From Candidatus Woesearchaeota archaeon (GTDB lineage Archaea; Nanobdellota; Nanobdellia; Pacearchaeales; GW2011-AR1), in the NCBI GenBank assembly GCA_964600865.1, contig CAZRJP010000005.1, positions 1 through 35,813 of the forward strand: a stretch of DNA of 35,813 bases, read 5' to 3'. Each line of letters begins with the position of its first letter. The stretch's first letter is position 1. A model generated the notes under the pieces. It did not search any database. It saw only the letters and a program-made list of their open reading frames with translations, and was not told where the DNA came from. The position numbers and the translations under genes are program-made. Below, one piece after another: positions 1 through 9,174 of the stretch.

Positions 1-129
1 ACTAAAAACAATACTAAAAGCATTTTTAAAGGCTTTTTGACATTTATTATAGAAAAGAGAGGGATAATAATTAAAAAACAAGTAATTGTTAATATTATTA
101 ACAATTAATCACAATAATAATTATAGATT

Positions 130-1476
130 ATGGAAATATGTACAGTCGGTGGATATGAAGAAGTAGGAAAAAATATGACTGCAATTAAAATAAATGAAGA
201 TGTCATAATAATAGACGCAGGTGTGTTTCTGCCTCCTTTAATGGAAATGCAGCAAGAGGAACAAATCCAAAATCCTTCTGTTAAAAAATTAAGAGAAATA
301 AAGGCCTTACCTAATGATAAAGTATTAGATGAATTAAAATGGAGAAAGAAAGTATGCGCAATAATTCTAAGTCATGCGCATTTAGACCATGTAGGAGCAG
401 TTCCTTACATTGCAAGTAGATATCCAAAAGTCCCAATTTATGGAACACCATTCACAATAGAGGTTTTAAAGAATATATTAAAAGATGAAAAAATAAAAAT
501 AAAAAATCCAATAAAAAAAGTAAATCCTGATTCTACTCACACTATAAAAGGAAAATCTAAAAATTACAAGGTTGATTTTATAAGGTCAACTCATTCAACT
601 ATTCAACCAGTCTTTCCAGTTATTAATACAGATGAAGGAAGTATTCTTTATACATTAGATTTTAAATTTGACAATTTTCCAACACTAGGAAAACCACCAA
701 GTTATAAGAAAATAAAAAAAGCAGGGAAAAAAGGTGTAAAAGTTTTAATTGCAGATGCATTATATTCTGGAACAGAAAGAAAAACTCCTAGTGAAAGAAT
801 TGCAAGAAATCTTTTAGAAGATGCATTTAAGGTGACAGGGGCAGATAAAAATGCTGCATTATTTGTAACAACTTTCTCTTCACATATTGCAAGACTAAAA
901 AGCATTATAAAATTTGGGAAAAAAACAGGGAGAAAAATAGTTTTTATGGGAAGAAGTCTTCATAAATATTTAACAGCAGCTATAAAAGCAACTAATTTAT
1001 CTATTCCTAAAAAAATAAAGATTTTGAAATATAGAAGACAGATAAATTCTGTGTTAAAAAAAGTAGCTAAAAATAGAGGAAAGTATCTTGTTGTATGTAC
1101 AGGACATCAAGCAGAAAATGGGTCAATAATGGATCGTTTAGTAAGTGGAGAGACACCTTTTCAATTTCAAAAAGGAGATAATGTAATATTTTCTTCTAGT
1201 GTTATCCCTACTCCAGTGAGTATTCTTGCAAGAGAAAAAATGGATAAGAGATTAAGACGTATGGGTGTAAGAGTTAAGACAGATGTTCATGTTTCAGGAC
1301 ATGCAGGAAGAGAAGATTTAAGAGAATTAATAAGAATGGCTAAACCAGAGCATATTATCCCAGCTCATGGAACACTTCAACAAGAAACACCCTTAATTGA
1401 ACTTGCTAATGATTTTGGATATAATTTTGGGGAAACATCTCATCTTTCATCAGATGGCAAGGTTTTAAAGTTTTAA
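130..1476 (+). CDS. rnj: Ribonuclease J (beta-CASP metallo-beta-lactamase RNase)
   Basis: N-terminal VGGYEEVGKNMTA, IIIDAG, SHAHLDHVG metal motif, TTFSSHIARL, CTGHQAE, VHVSGHA and IIPAHG; 448 aa fits archaeal RNase J. Confidence 0.92.
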   Translation: MEICTVGGYEEVGKNMTAIKINEDVIIIDAGVFLPPLMEMQQEEQIQNPSVKKLREIKALPNDKVLDELKWRKKVCAIILSHAHLDHVGAVPYIASRYPKVPIYGTPFTIEVLKNILKDEKIKIKNPIKKVNPDSTHTIKGKSKNYKVDFIRSTHSTIQPVFPVINTDEGSILYTLDFKFDNFPTLGKPPSYKKIKKAGKKGVKVLIADALYSGTERKTPSERIARNLLEDAFKVTGADKNAALFVTTFSSHIARLKSIIKFGKKTGRKIVFMGRSLHKYLTAAIKATNLSIPKKIKILKYRRQINSVLKKVAKNRGKYLVVCTGHQAENGSIMDRLVSGETPFQFQKGDNVIFSSSVIPTPVSILAREKMDKRLRRMGVRVKTDVHVSGHAGREDLRELIRMAKPEHIIPAHGTLQQETPLIELANDFGYNFGETSHLSSDGKVLKF

Positions 1477-1505
1477 ATCCTATAAACTAATATCAAAGAG
1501 GAAAA

Positions 1506-2030
1506 ATGGTTAATGAAGAAATTTTACAAGGACTAAGAATTGCAATTCAAAGAGGTTATTCTTTAGAACAAGCAATGATGAGTTTTTGGAATGCAGGTTA
1601 TGAAAATAAAGAAATAGAAGAAGCTGCAAGAGCTCTTTACAAACAATATCCAGATATTAGGCTTAAATCTAGTGAAAAGAAGAAAACAAAACCTAATCCA
1701 AAAAGTTCTAAACCTCAAAAATCTAATGAACCAAAAGAACCTCAAAAACCTAAATCTAATGAACCAAAAGAACCTCAAAACGATTCTAAAGACAAATCTA
1801 AAACAAAAGAATATGATTATTTAAAGTCAGAAAAAGAATCTAAAAAAGAAGCAAAAGAACCTAAAAAAGTTAATATACAAAAAGCATCAAAATACGGAGA
1901 AAAAACAAAACCTAAGTCAAAGATTACAATAATCCTGGTTATTCTTTTAATAATAATTGTTATATCCTTACTTGCAGGAGTCTTTATATTTAGAAATAGT
2001 TTATTAAACTTCTTTCAAAATTTATTTTAA
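1506..2030 (+). CDS. Hypothetical membrane-anchored protein (small helical N-domain, K/P/E-rich linker, C-terminal TM helix)
   Basis: N-terminal RGYSLEQAMMSFWNAGYENKEIEEAA, low-complexity linker with KSNEPKEPQ twice, hydrophobic ITIILVILLIIIVISLLAGVFIF; its stop overlaps the next start (TAATG). Confidence 0.8.
   Translation: MVNEEILQGLRIAIQRGYSLEQAMMSFWNAGYENKEIEEAARALYKQYPDIRLKSSEKKKTKPNPKSSKPQKSNEPKEPQKPKSNEPKEPQNDSKDKSKTKEYDYLKSEKESKKEAKEPKKVNIQKASKYGEKTKPKSKITIILVILLIIIVISLLAGVFIFRNSLLNFFQNLF
1719..1780 (+). repeat. Intragenic tandem repeat, 29-bp identical unit with 33-bp period
   Basis: aaatctaatgaaccaaaagaacctcaaaa at 1719-1747 and 1752-1780, encoding KSNEPKEPQ. Confidence 0.85.
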
Positions 2031-2386
2031 TGGATCTAAAAAAATATTTTGATGTATGGTCAATAATGCATTTTGGATCAGGAGTTTTACTAGGAATTTT
2101 GTTTATATTATTAGAGTTAAAGTTCTCTGTTTCCTTTATATTAACATTAACAATTCTAACTATTTTTGAAGTGTTAGAACCTAAATTGTATAAGATTTTT
2201 CCAGATAGATTAAAAGAAGTATTTTTTAATCAGATAATGGACATAATAATAGGATTATTTGGATTTTTACTTGCTTTTTCAATCTCCTTAAAAAACAGTG
2301 TAATAATTTATTCGATTATTATCGTTTTATTCTTATTTGTTATTTTACCAAAAAGATTTAATACAGGCAATATCTTTAACAAGTAA
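2030..2386 (+). CDS. Small polytopic membrane protein (DUF2585/VanZ-like H-E-D pattern)
   Basis: About 4 hydrophobic segments with WSIMHFGSG, IFEVLE and NQIMDIIIG; TAATG overlaps with both neighbours. Confidence 0.7.
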   Translation: MDLKKYFDVWSIMHFGSGVLLGILFILLELKFSVSFILTLTILTIFEVLEPKLYKIFPDRLKEVFFNQIMDIIIGLFGFLLAFSISLKNSVIIYSIIIVLFLFVILPKRFNTGNIFNK

Positions 2387-2943
2387 TGCATAACTCTATT
2401 TATCCTCCTGCAGAAGATTCACATCTTATGTCAAGGATTTTAAAACAGAAAATTCCAGAATTATTAGAAGAAAATCCAGATTCAAAGATATTTGGAATGG
2501 GTGCAGGTTCAGGAATTCATTTACAAACAGCATTAGATTTAGGTGTTAAAAAGCAAAACATTCTTTCAGGAGATATTAATGAAAACGCTGTTTCACATTG
2601 TAGTTCATTAGGTTTTAATTGTGTTCAAACAGATTTATTTAAGAATATAAGTGGAAAATATGATATAATTATATTTAATCCTCCTTATCTTCCTAGAGAT
2701 AAAGAAAACATAGAGTCAAATGAATCTAAAATAGCTACAACAGGTGGAAAAAAAGGAAATGAAATTATTATTAGATTTTTAAAACAAGCAAAGAATTACT
2801 TAAAACCAAATGGAAAAATATTCTTAATAACCTCCTCTCTTGCAAAAGAGATTAATTTCAAGAATTTAGAGTATAAATTTAAGGAATTAGGTTGTGAGAA
2901 ATTGTTTTTTGAAAGATTGTGTATTTGGGAATTAAGTAAATAA
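2386..2943 (+). CDS. HemK2/Mtq2-family SAM-dependent methyltransferase (probable release factor glutamine methylase)
   Basis: IYPPAEDS N-terminus, GMGAGSG motif I, DIN, DLF, IIFNPPYLP and GGKKG. Confidence 0.85.
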   Translation: MHNSIYPPAEDSHLMSRILKQKIPELLEENPDSKIFGMGAGSGIHLQTALDLGVKKQNILSGDINENAVSHCSSLGFNCVQTDLFKNISGKYDIIIFNPPYLPRDKENIESNESKIATTGGKKGNEIIIRFLKQAKNYLKPNGKIFLITSSLAKEINFKNLEYKFKELGCEKLFFERLCIWELSK

Positions 2944-3019
2944 TATTTCCTTATACTAAATCACACTCAATTTTATATAGTTTAATCATCAATTATTGTT
3001 ATAATTATAATTATGAAAA

Positions 3020-4186
3020 ATGGTGAAATTTGCTCATATATCAGACGTTCATTTAGGAGGATGGAAACAAGAACCACTTAGAAATCTGAATTTTCAATCT
3101 TTTCAAATGGCTGTCTCTAAATGCATTCAGAATAAATTAGATTTTGTTTTAATAGCTGGAGATTTATTTGATTCAGCTTATCCTCCAATTGAAATTCTTA
3201 AAAAAACATTTGCTGAATTTAAAAGACTTAAAGATGCAAAGATACCTTGTTTTATTATAGCAGGAAGCCATGATTATTCTGTTTCTGGAAAGACTTTTTT
3301 AGATGTTTTAGAGCATGCAGGATTCTGTAAGAATGTAACTAAAATTGAAGAGATAGATGGCAAAAAATATCTTAATCCTGTTTTACATGAGGGTGTAGCA
3401 ATTTATGGCTATCCTGGAAAAAGATCTGGACTTGAAATAGAAGATATAAGAAAAATAAAATTAAATGATTCTCCAGGAATGTTTAAGATTTTCATGTTAC
3501 ATACAACTATTGATAAGGCAAAAGGAACATTACCAATAGATTCTCTTTCTACAGAAAAATTACCTGATGCAGATTACTATGCTTTAGGACATTTACATAT
3601 GGATTTTCAATATGAAAATTTTGTTTACCCAGGACCAATATTTCCAAACAATTTTCAGGAATTAGAGGATTTACAATTCGGAAGATTTTATATAGTAGAT
3701 ACAAACCTTCCAAAAAAAGATAATCTAAAGAAAATAGATTTGAAGATAAAACAAGTAGAACCTATTGAAATAACTCTTAGAAATGCATTAACAGCAACAG
3801 AAGACATTGTAGAAAAAATAAAGCAAAGAGAAATTCAAGACAAGATTGTTTTACTAAGAGTTAAAGGAACTTTAGAAAAAGGAAAAAATTCAGATATAAA
3901 ATTCTCTAAAATAAAACAAGTTGCTAAAGAAAGAGGAGCTTATTTTTTATTAAAAAATACACATGATCTAAATGTAAAAGAAGTTGAAACAGAATTTGAT
4001 GTTAAAGATTCAGAAAATATAGAAGAAGAGACAATTAAAATGTACTCAAAAGAAAACCCTTCTGACCTGAATTCATTAATACCTGAATTAATGGATTCTC
4101 TTTCAATTGAAAAACAAGAAGGTGAAAAAAATGCCATATTTGCTAAAAGAATTTTAGAGGGTGCAAAAAAAGTCTTGAAATTCTAG
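3020..4186 (+). CDS. mre11: DNA double-strand break repair nuclease Mre11
   Basis: FAHISDVHLG, IAGDLFD, IAGSHD, FMLH and YYALGHLH phosphoesterase motifs; directly upstream of rad50. Confidence 0.92.
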   Translation: MVKFAHISDVHLGGWKQEPLRNLNFQSFQMAVSKCIQNKLDFVLIAGDLFDSAYPPIEILKKTFAEFKRLKDAKIPCFIIAGSHDYSVSGKTFLDVLEHAGFCKNVTKIEEIDGKKYLNPVLHEGVAIYGYPGKRSGLEIEDIRKIKLNDSPGMFKIFMLHTTIDKAKGTLPIDSLSTEKLPDADYYALGHLHMDFQYENFVYPGPIFPNNFQELEDLQFGRFYIVDTNLPKKDNLKKIDLKIKQVEPIEITLRNALTATEDIVEKIKQREIQDKIVLLRVKGTLEKGKNSDIKFSKIKQVAKERGAYFLLKNTHDLNVKEVETEFDVKDSENIEEETIKMYSKENPSDLNSLIPELMDSLSIEKQEGEKNAIFAKRILEGAKKVLKF

Positions 4187-4193
4187 GTATAAA

Positions 4194-6257
4194 ATGAAAA
4201 TTAATAGAATTGAAATAGAGAATATTCGAAGTTATGAAAAACAAGAAATAAACTTTCCAGAAGGTTCCACGTTATTATCTGGAGATATTGGTTCAGGAAA
4301 AACATCTGTTCTTTTATCAATAGAATTTGCCTTATTTGGATTACAACCAGGACAAAGAGGAGCATCATTATTAAGAAACGACGCTAAATCAGGGAGAGTA
4401 GAAATAGATTTTGAAATAGATGGTAAAGAAATAACCATTGAAAGGACACTCAAGGAAACCTCAAGGTCAATTACTCAGGATTATTGTGCTATAACTATTG
4501 ACGATGAAAAAATAGAATGTTCTGTAACTGAATTAAAAAATAAAGTATTATCCTTATTAAATTATCCTTCAGAATTTGAAAAAAAGCAAAATATCCTCTA
4601 TAAATTTACAGTTTATACTCCTCAAGAAAGTATGAAGGAAATTATATTACAAAATCCTAAATCAAGAGTAGACACTTTAAGACATGTTTTTGGAATTGAT
4701 AAATATAAGACAATTTTAGAAAATACATCTGTTTTGCTTTCAAAAATAAGAGAAGAAAAAAGATTAAAACAAGGAATGATAAGTGATTTAGATGAACAAA
4801 AAGAACAATTACAAAATAAAAAACAAGAGCTTGAATCAAAAGGACATAATTTAACATCTGTTGAAAAGGAACTCTCTTCTAAAAAAGCACTTAGAGAAAA
4901 ATGTCAAGAAGAAAAAGAAGAAGTTTCTAAGAAAATAGAAAAGAAAAATAAATTACAATCTGAAATAGAAAAAACAAAATTAATGATTTCTAATAAGAAT
5001 GACACTATTTCAAATAATAAAAGAACAATTAAAAAATTAAATATACAAATTGATGAATTTAAGGATTTAGAGTTTAAGGAAGAAGAAATTGAGAAATTAA
5101 AAAAGCAAATAGATTTATTAAAACAAGAAAAACAAGAATTAAGTGAAAAAAAACTTGACACTTCTTCAGATATGTCTTCATTAAATAGAAAAAACAAAGA
5201 AAATGATGATTTAAAGAAAAAGATATCTAATCTTAAAATGTGTCCTACGTGTCTTCAAGATGTAGACCCTGTTCATAAGAGTAATGTAGTTAATAAGATG
5301 GATGAGGAAATATCAGAGAATGTTAAACAAATAGAATCTTTATCATTAGAAAAAAGAAAGTTCTCTAAACAATTAAGTAACATTGATTTTGAAATATCTA
5401 AAAAACAAAATAAAATACAGGAGCTAAATGTGATTAAGATTAAGATTAAGAATCTTGATGAAAAGAAATCACGAATTAAGGAATTAGAAAATAAAAACCA
5501 GGAATTTCAAAAAGATGCAAAATTATTAGAAGACCATTTACAAGATTTAAAGAGCTCTGTTTTTGATTTAAATAAATATGAAAATTTGTTTAAAGAAAAG
5601 AAAAAAGAGTTTGAAGAAGCATTAAAAGAAGAGAGAAAGACAGAAATTAGAGTTGCAGAACTAAAAAAAGAGATTGATATGTATGAGAAACAAATAAAGG
5701 AATTAAAAGAAAGAATAAAGAAAACAAAGGAAATCAAAAAACAACTTAATTATGTATCTGAACTTGAAGATTGGGTGAAGAATAGTTTTATCCCTTTAAT
5801 ATCAAATGTTGAAAAAAATGTTATGATTAAACTTAAAACAGAGTTCTCTAAACTATTTTCAGAGTGGTTTTCAATGCTTGTTTCAGATAATTTTAATGTT
5901 AGATTAGATGACCAATTCACACCAATAGTAGAACAGCAAGATTATGAAATTGATTATGAGTATCTTTCAGGAGGGGAGAGAACAGCAATAGCACTAGCAT
6001 ATAGATTAGCATTAAATCAAGTAATAAACTCATTATTAAGTAAAATTAAAACTAAAGATATAGTTATATTAGACGAACCTACAGATGGTTTTTCAGACCA
6101 ACAATTAAACAAAATGAGAGAGGTTTTAGATCAATTAAATGTGGCTCAATTAATAATAGTAAGTCATGAGCAAAAAATAGAAGGGTTTGTAGAAAATGTC
6201 ATTAAATTCAAAAAAGAACAGGGAGTGACTAAAAAAATAACTAAAAAAGAATCTTAA
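4194..6257 (+). CDS. rad50: DNA double-strand break repair ATPase Rad50
   Basis: Walker A GDIGSGKTS, Q-loop YTPQ, coiled coil with central zinc hook CPTC, signature LSGGE, Walker B VILDEPT, H-loop IVSH. Confidence 0.93.
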   Translation: MKINRIEIENIRSYEKQEINFPEGSTLLSGDIGSGKTSVLLSIEFALFGLQPGQRGASLLRNDAKSGRVEIDFEIDGKEITIERTLKETSRSITQDYCAITIDDEKIECSVTELKNKVLSLLNYPSEFEKKQNILYKFTVYTPQESMKEIILQNPKSRVDTLRHVFGIDKYKTILENTSVLLSKIREEKRLKQGMISDLDEQKEQLQNKKQELESKGHNLTSVEKELSSKKALREKCQEEKEEVSKKIEKKNKLQSEIEKTKLMISNKNDTISNNKRTIKKLNIQIDEFKDLEFKEEEIEKLKKQIDLLKQEKQELSEKKLDTSSDMSSLNRKNKENDDLKKKISNLKMCPTCLQDVDPVHKSNVVNKMDEEISENVKQIESLSLEKRKFSKQLSNIDFEISKKQNKIQELNVIKIKIKNLDEKKSRIKELENKNQEFQKDAKLLEDHLQDLKSSVFDLNKYENLFKEKKKEFEEALKEERKTEIRVAELKKEIDMYEKQIKELKERIKKTKEIKKQLNYVSELEDWVKNSFIPLISNVEKNVMIKLKTEFSKLFSEWFSMLVSDNFNVRLDDQFTPIVEQQDYEIDYEYLSGGERTAIALAYRLALNQVINSLLSKIKTKDIVILDEPTDGFSDQQLNKMREVLDQLNVAQLIIVSHEQKIEGFVENVIKFKKEQGVTKKITKKES

Positions 6258-6259
6258 TC

Positions 6260-6275
6260 CGAAAGACTTATAAAT
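6260..6275 (+). promoter_or_regulatory. Putative BRE/TATA promoter for psmB-aCPSF1
   Basis: cgaaagac-ttataaat, a purine-rich BRE followed by a TATA-like box, about 50 bp before the psmB ATG. Confidence 0.45.
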
Positions 6276-6327
6276 GTATTATACTCTACAAAATTAGATT
6301 CTAATTAAATTTAGATTATTCTTAAAA

Positions 6328-6996
6328 ATGGATGATAGTGAATTAAAAAAATCGGTTCTTAAAACAGGAACGACAGTTTTAGGGATTGTATGTAAGGACG
6401 GAATTGTAATGGCTGCAGATAGACAGGTTACAGCAGGAAATATAGTAATGAATAAAAATGCCCCTAAGGTAGTTCAAGTTAATGATTATTTGGTTGTTTC
6501 TTGGACAGGAGGAGCTGCAGATGCTCAGAGACTTGGGAAATTAGTAGCTGCAGAACTTAAATTAAAACAATTAAAAGCTAGAAGTAGACCAACTGTAAAA
6601 CAAGCAGCTAATCTAACAGGAAGTATTTCTTACTCAAAAATAAGACAACCTTCTATGATTCCAACTATTGTAGGAACATTAGTTGCAGGATTTGATGAAA
6701 CTGGCTCAACTGCATTATATACTATAGAACCCGCAGGAGGAGTTTATAAGGTAGAGGATTATGATGCTAATTTTGGAAGTGGTATGCCTTATGTTTTAGG
6801 TTTATTAGAAAGACAATATAAAAAGGACATAACTACTAAAGAAGGAGTAGAACTTGCTAGAGAAGCTCTAAAATCCTCAACACAAAGAGATGTTGGAAGT
6901 GGTTATGGAATAGATGTATTTGTTATTAAAAAAGATGGAATTAAAAAAGTGGTGGGCCAAAAAATTGAGACTAGTTTTAAAGACGATAAAGAGTAA
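6328..6996 (+). CDS. psmB: Proteasome subunit beta
   Basis: 14-aa propeptide then KTG|TTVLGIVCKDGIVMAADRQVT with catalytic Thr, GSG and RDVGSG; next to aCPSF1, a known archaeal synteny. Confidence 0.95.
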   Translation: MDDSELKKSVLKTGTTVLGIVCKDGIVMAADRQVTAGNIVMNKNAPKVVQVNDYLVVSWTGGAADAQRLGKLVAAELKLKQLKARSRPTVKQAANLTGSISYSKIRQPSMIPTIVGTLVAGFDETGSTALYTIEPAGGVYKVEDYDANFGSGMPYVLGLLERQYKKDITTKEGVELAREALKSSTQRDVGSGYGIDVFVIKKDGIKKVVGQKIETSFKDDKE

Positions 6997-7026
6997 TTAT
7001 ATTTATAATAAATTAAAATATTTAAA

Positions 7027-8910
7027 ATGGACATTCTAAAATCAATAAAAGATAAGTTACACGTAAGTATCACTGACGCAGGTTTTGAAGGAGCAAATAT
7101 TGTTATTTATACAGATAATGAAAGATTCTTTAAGAACAGTGAAGGAAAGATTAAGGAAATTGTTAATGATCTAAAGAAGAGAATTGAATTAAGAGCAGAT
7201 CAAAAAATTCTTCCAGATAAAGAAGATGTTAAGAAACAAATTAAAGAGATTGTTCCAGAAGATGCAGAGGTAACTAATATCTTTTTTGATCATCATAGAA
7301 GTATAGTTATTATTGAGGCAAAAAAACCTGGTTTAGTTATAGGAAAAAAAGGTAGCATTATAGAAGAAATAAGAAAGAAAACACTATGGGTTCCTCAAGT
7401 TCAAAGAAGCTCATCAATAAAGAGTAAAATAACAGATAATATTAGGGAAGTTTTATATGCAAATAATAATTACAGAAGAAGATTTTTAAATAAAATAGGT
7501 AAGAAAATCTACAAAGAATGGTCTCCAGATAAAGTAGATGAATGGGTAAGAGTTACAGTACTTGGTGGAGGAAGGCAAGTAGGAAGAAGCTGTTTTTTAT
7601 TACAAACACCTAATTCAAAAATATTATTAGATTGTGGTGTTGATGTTGCAACAAGTGGGCCAAAAAAATTCCCTTATCTTAATGTTCCAGAATTTGATAT
7701 AAAGCAATTAGATGCAGTGATTATATCTCATGCTCATTTGGATCATGTGGGATTAGTCCCTTACTTATATAAAATGGGATATGAGGGTCCAGTTTATATG
7801 ACTAAACCTACAAGGGATATAGCAGCATTATTATCTCTAGATTTTATTGGTGTAGCTTACAAACAAGCATCTAAACCAATATTTGGTTCCAAAGATGTTA
7901 AAGAAATGGTGAAACATTCTATTTGCCTTAATTATAGGGAAGTTACTGATGTAACACCAGATATAAGAATAACAATGTATAATTCTGGTCATTGTTTAGG
8001 AAGTTCTATTATACATATAAATATTGGAAATGGACTTCATAATTTAGTTTATACTGGAGACCATAAATATGGAAAGTCAAGATTATTAAATCCAGCAGTT
8101 GCAAATTACCCAAGGGTTGAAACAGTTATAACTGAGGCAACTTATGGGTCTAAAAAAGATACACTTCCTAAAAGACAAGAATCTGAAAAACAACTTTTAG
8201 ATTATGTTAGAAATACAATAGAGAAAAAAGGAAAAGTCTTAATCCCTGAATTAGGTTTAGGTCGTGCACAAGAGACAATGTTAATTTTAGAAAATGCAAT
8301 GAAAAAAGGCAAATTACCTAAGATACCAATTTATATTGATGGTATGATATGGGATATTAATGCGATTCATACAGCTTATCCTGATTTTTTAAATAGTAAA
8401 GTAAGAAATGATATTTTTAAAGGAAATAATCCTTTTATTTCAGATATTTTTTCAAGAGTAGCATCACATCAGGAAAGAAAGAATGTTATTGAAGGAGGAC
8501 CTTGTGTTGTTTTGGCAACTTCAGGAATGCTTGTAGGTGGAGCATCTGTAGAGTATTTTAGAGAGTTTGCAGATAATAAGAATAATTCAATTATCTTTGT
8601 ATGTTATCAGGGTGTAGGAAGTTTAGGAAGAAAAGTTCAAGAAGGTATAAAACAAGTTAAGATGAATGTTGATGGGAAAGAAAGAAAAATAGATATTAAT
8701 TTAGAAACTCATTCTATTAGTGGATTAACAGCTCATTCTGGAAGAAACCAATTAATAAATTTCTTTAATAATATGAGACCTAAGCCAAAAAGAGTTTTAG
8801 TAAATCATGGAGAGGTTTCTAAATGTCTTGATTTAGCATCATCTATTTATAAGATTAAAAGAATAGAAACAAATGTTCCTAGAAATCTTGAAACATTACG
8901 TTTGAAATAA
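7027..8910 (+). CDS. fttA: aCPSF1/FttA (KH-domain beta-CASP ribonuclease, transcription termination factor)
   Basis: N-terminal KH region (FEGANIVIYT, KPGLVIGKKG), LGGGRQVGRSC, SHAHLDHVG, SGHCLGS, ATSGML, SGLTAHS, NHGE and C-terminal PRNLETLRL. Confidence 0.93.
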   Translation: MDILKSIKDKLHVSITDAGFEGANIVIYTDNERFFKNSEGKIKEIVNDLKKRIELRADQKILPDKEDVKKQIKEIVPEDAEVTNIFFDHHRSIVIIEAKKPGLVIGKKGSIIEEIRKKTLWVPQVQRSSSIKSKITDNIREVLYANNNYRRRFLNKIGKKIYKEWSPDKVDEWVRVTVLGGGRQVGRSCFLLQTPNSKILLDCGVDVATSGPKKFPYLNVPEFDIKQLDAVIISHAHLDHVGLVPYLYKMGYEGPVYMTKPTRDIAALLSLDFIGVAYKQASKPIFGSKDVKEMVKHSICLNYREVTDVTPDIRITMYNSGHCLGSSIIHINIGNGLHNLVYTGDHKYGKSRLLNPAVANYPRVETVITEATYGSKKDTLPKRQESEKQLLDYVRNTIEKKGKVLIPELGLGRAQETMLILENAMKKGKLPKIPIYIDGMIWDINAIHTAYPDFLNSKVRNDIFKGNNPFISDIFSRVASHQERKNVIEGGPCVVLATSGMLVGGASVEYFREFADNKNNSIIFVCYQGVGSLGRKVQEGIKQVKMNVDGKERKIDINLETHSISGLTAHSGRNQLINFFNNMRPKPKRVLVNHGEVSKCLDLASSIYKIKRIETNVPRNLETLRLK

Positions 8911-8945
8911 TTAATTCTTTAGATATTTGAATACTTATTTAAGAG

Positions 8946-8977
8946 CCCCAAATTTGAGAGAGTTTCAAATTTGAGGG
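8946..8977. promoter_or_regulatory. Palindromic operator-like element or hairpin directly upstream of a TATA box
   Basis: ccc-caaatttga-gagagtt-tcaaatttg-a-ggg: a 9-bp inverted repeat containing two self-palindromic CAAATTTG boxes 17 bp apart. Confidence 0.6.
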
Positions 8978-8982
8978 AGTAA

Positions 8983-8990
8983 TTTATATA
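8983..8990 (+). promoter_or_regulatory. TATA box of the peptide-hydrolase-ThiF operon
   Basis: TTTATATA ending 21 bp before the ATG at 9012, the spacing expected for a leaderless archaeal mRNA. Confidence 0.7.
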
Positions 8991-9011
8991 GTTAAAAAAG
9001 AAATAAAGTAT

Positions 9012-9161
9012 ATGAAAAAACTTGAAATTAAAGTAAGGAAAGCTATTGAAGAGAATAGACCAAAGGAATCTGATGTTAAAATCTCAGATACTTATGAGGG
9101 TTTTAGAGTTGTAGAAGACATTGCTTACAACGGCCCGACAAGTATAAGATATTGGATGTAA
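9012..9161 (+). CDS. Unlisted 49-aa peptide, candidate RiPP precursor: MKKLEIKVRKAIEENRPKESDVKISDTYEGFRVVEDIAYNGPTSIRYWM
   Basis: Translated by hand, ATG 9012 to TAA 9159-9161; TATA box at leaderless spacing; 13-bp gap to the next gene; first gene of an operon encoding an RRE-ThiF enzyme. Confidence 0.8.
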   Translation: MKKLEIKVRKAIEENRPKESDVKISDTYEGFRVVEDIAYNGPTSIRYWM

Positions 9162-9174
9162 TTTTTTTTGAAAA

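Noticed and set aside
3020-6257. Novel SMC-nuclease defence system
   Set aside because: It is an ordinary Mre11-Rad50 pair with a zinc hook; absence of herA/nurA from this window is not informative.
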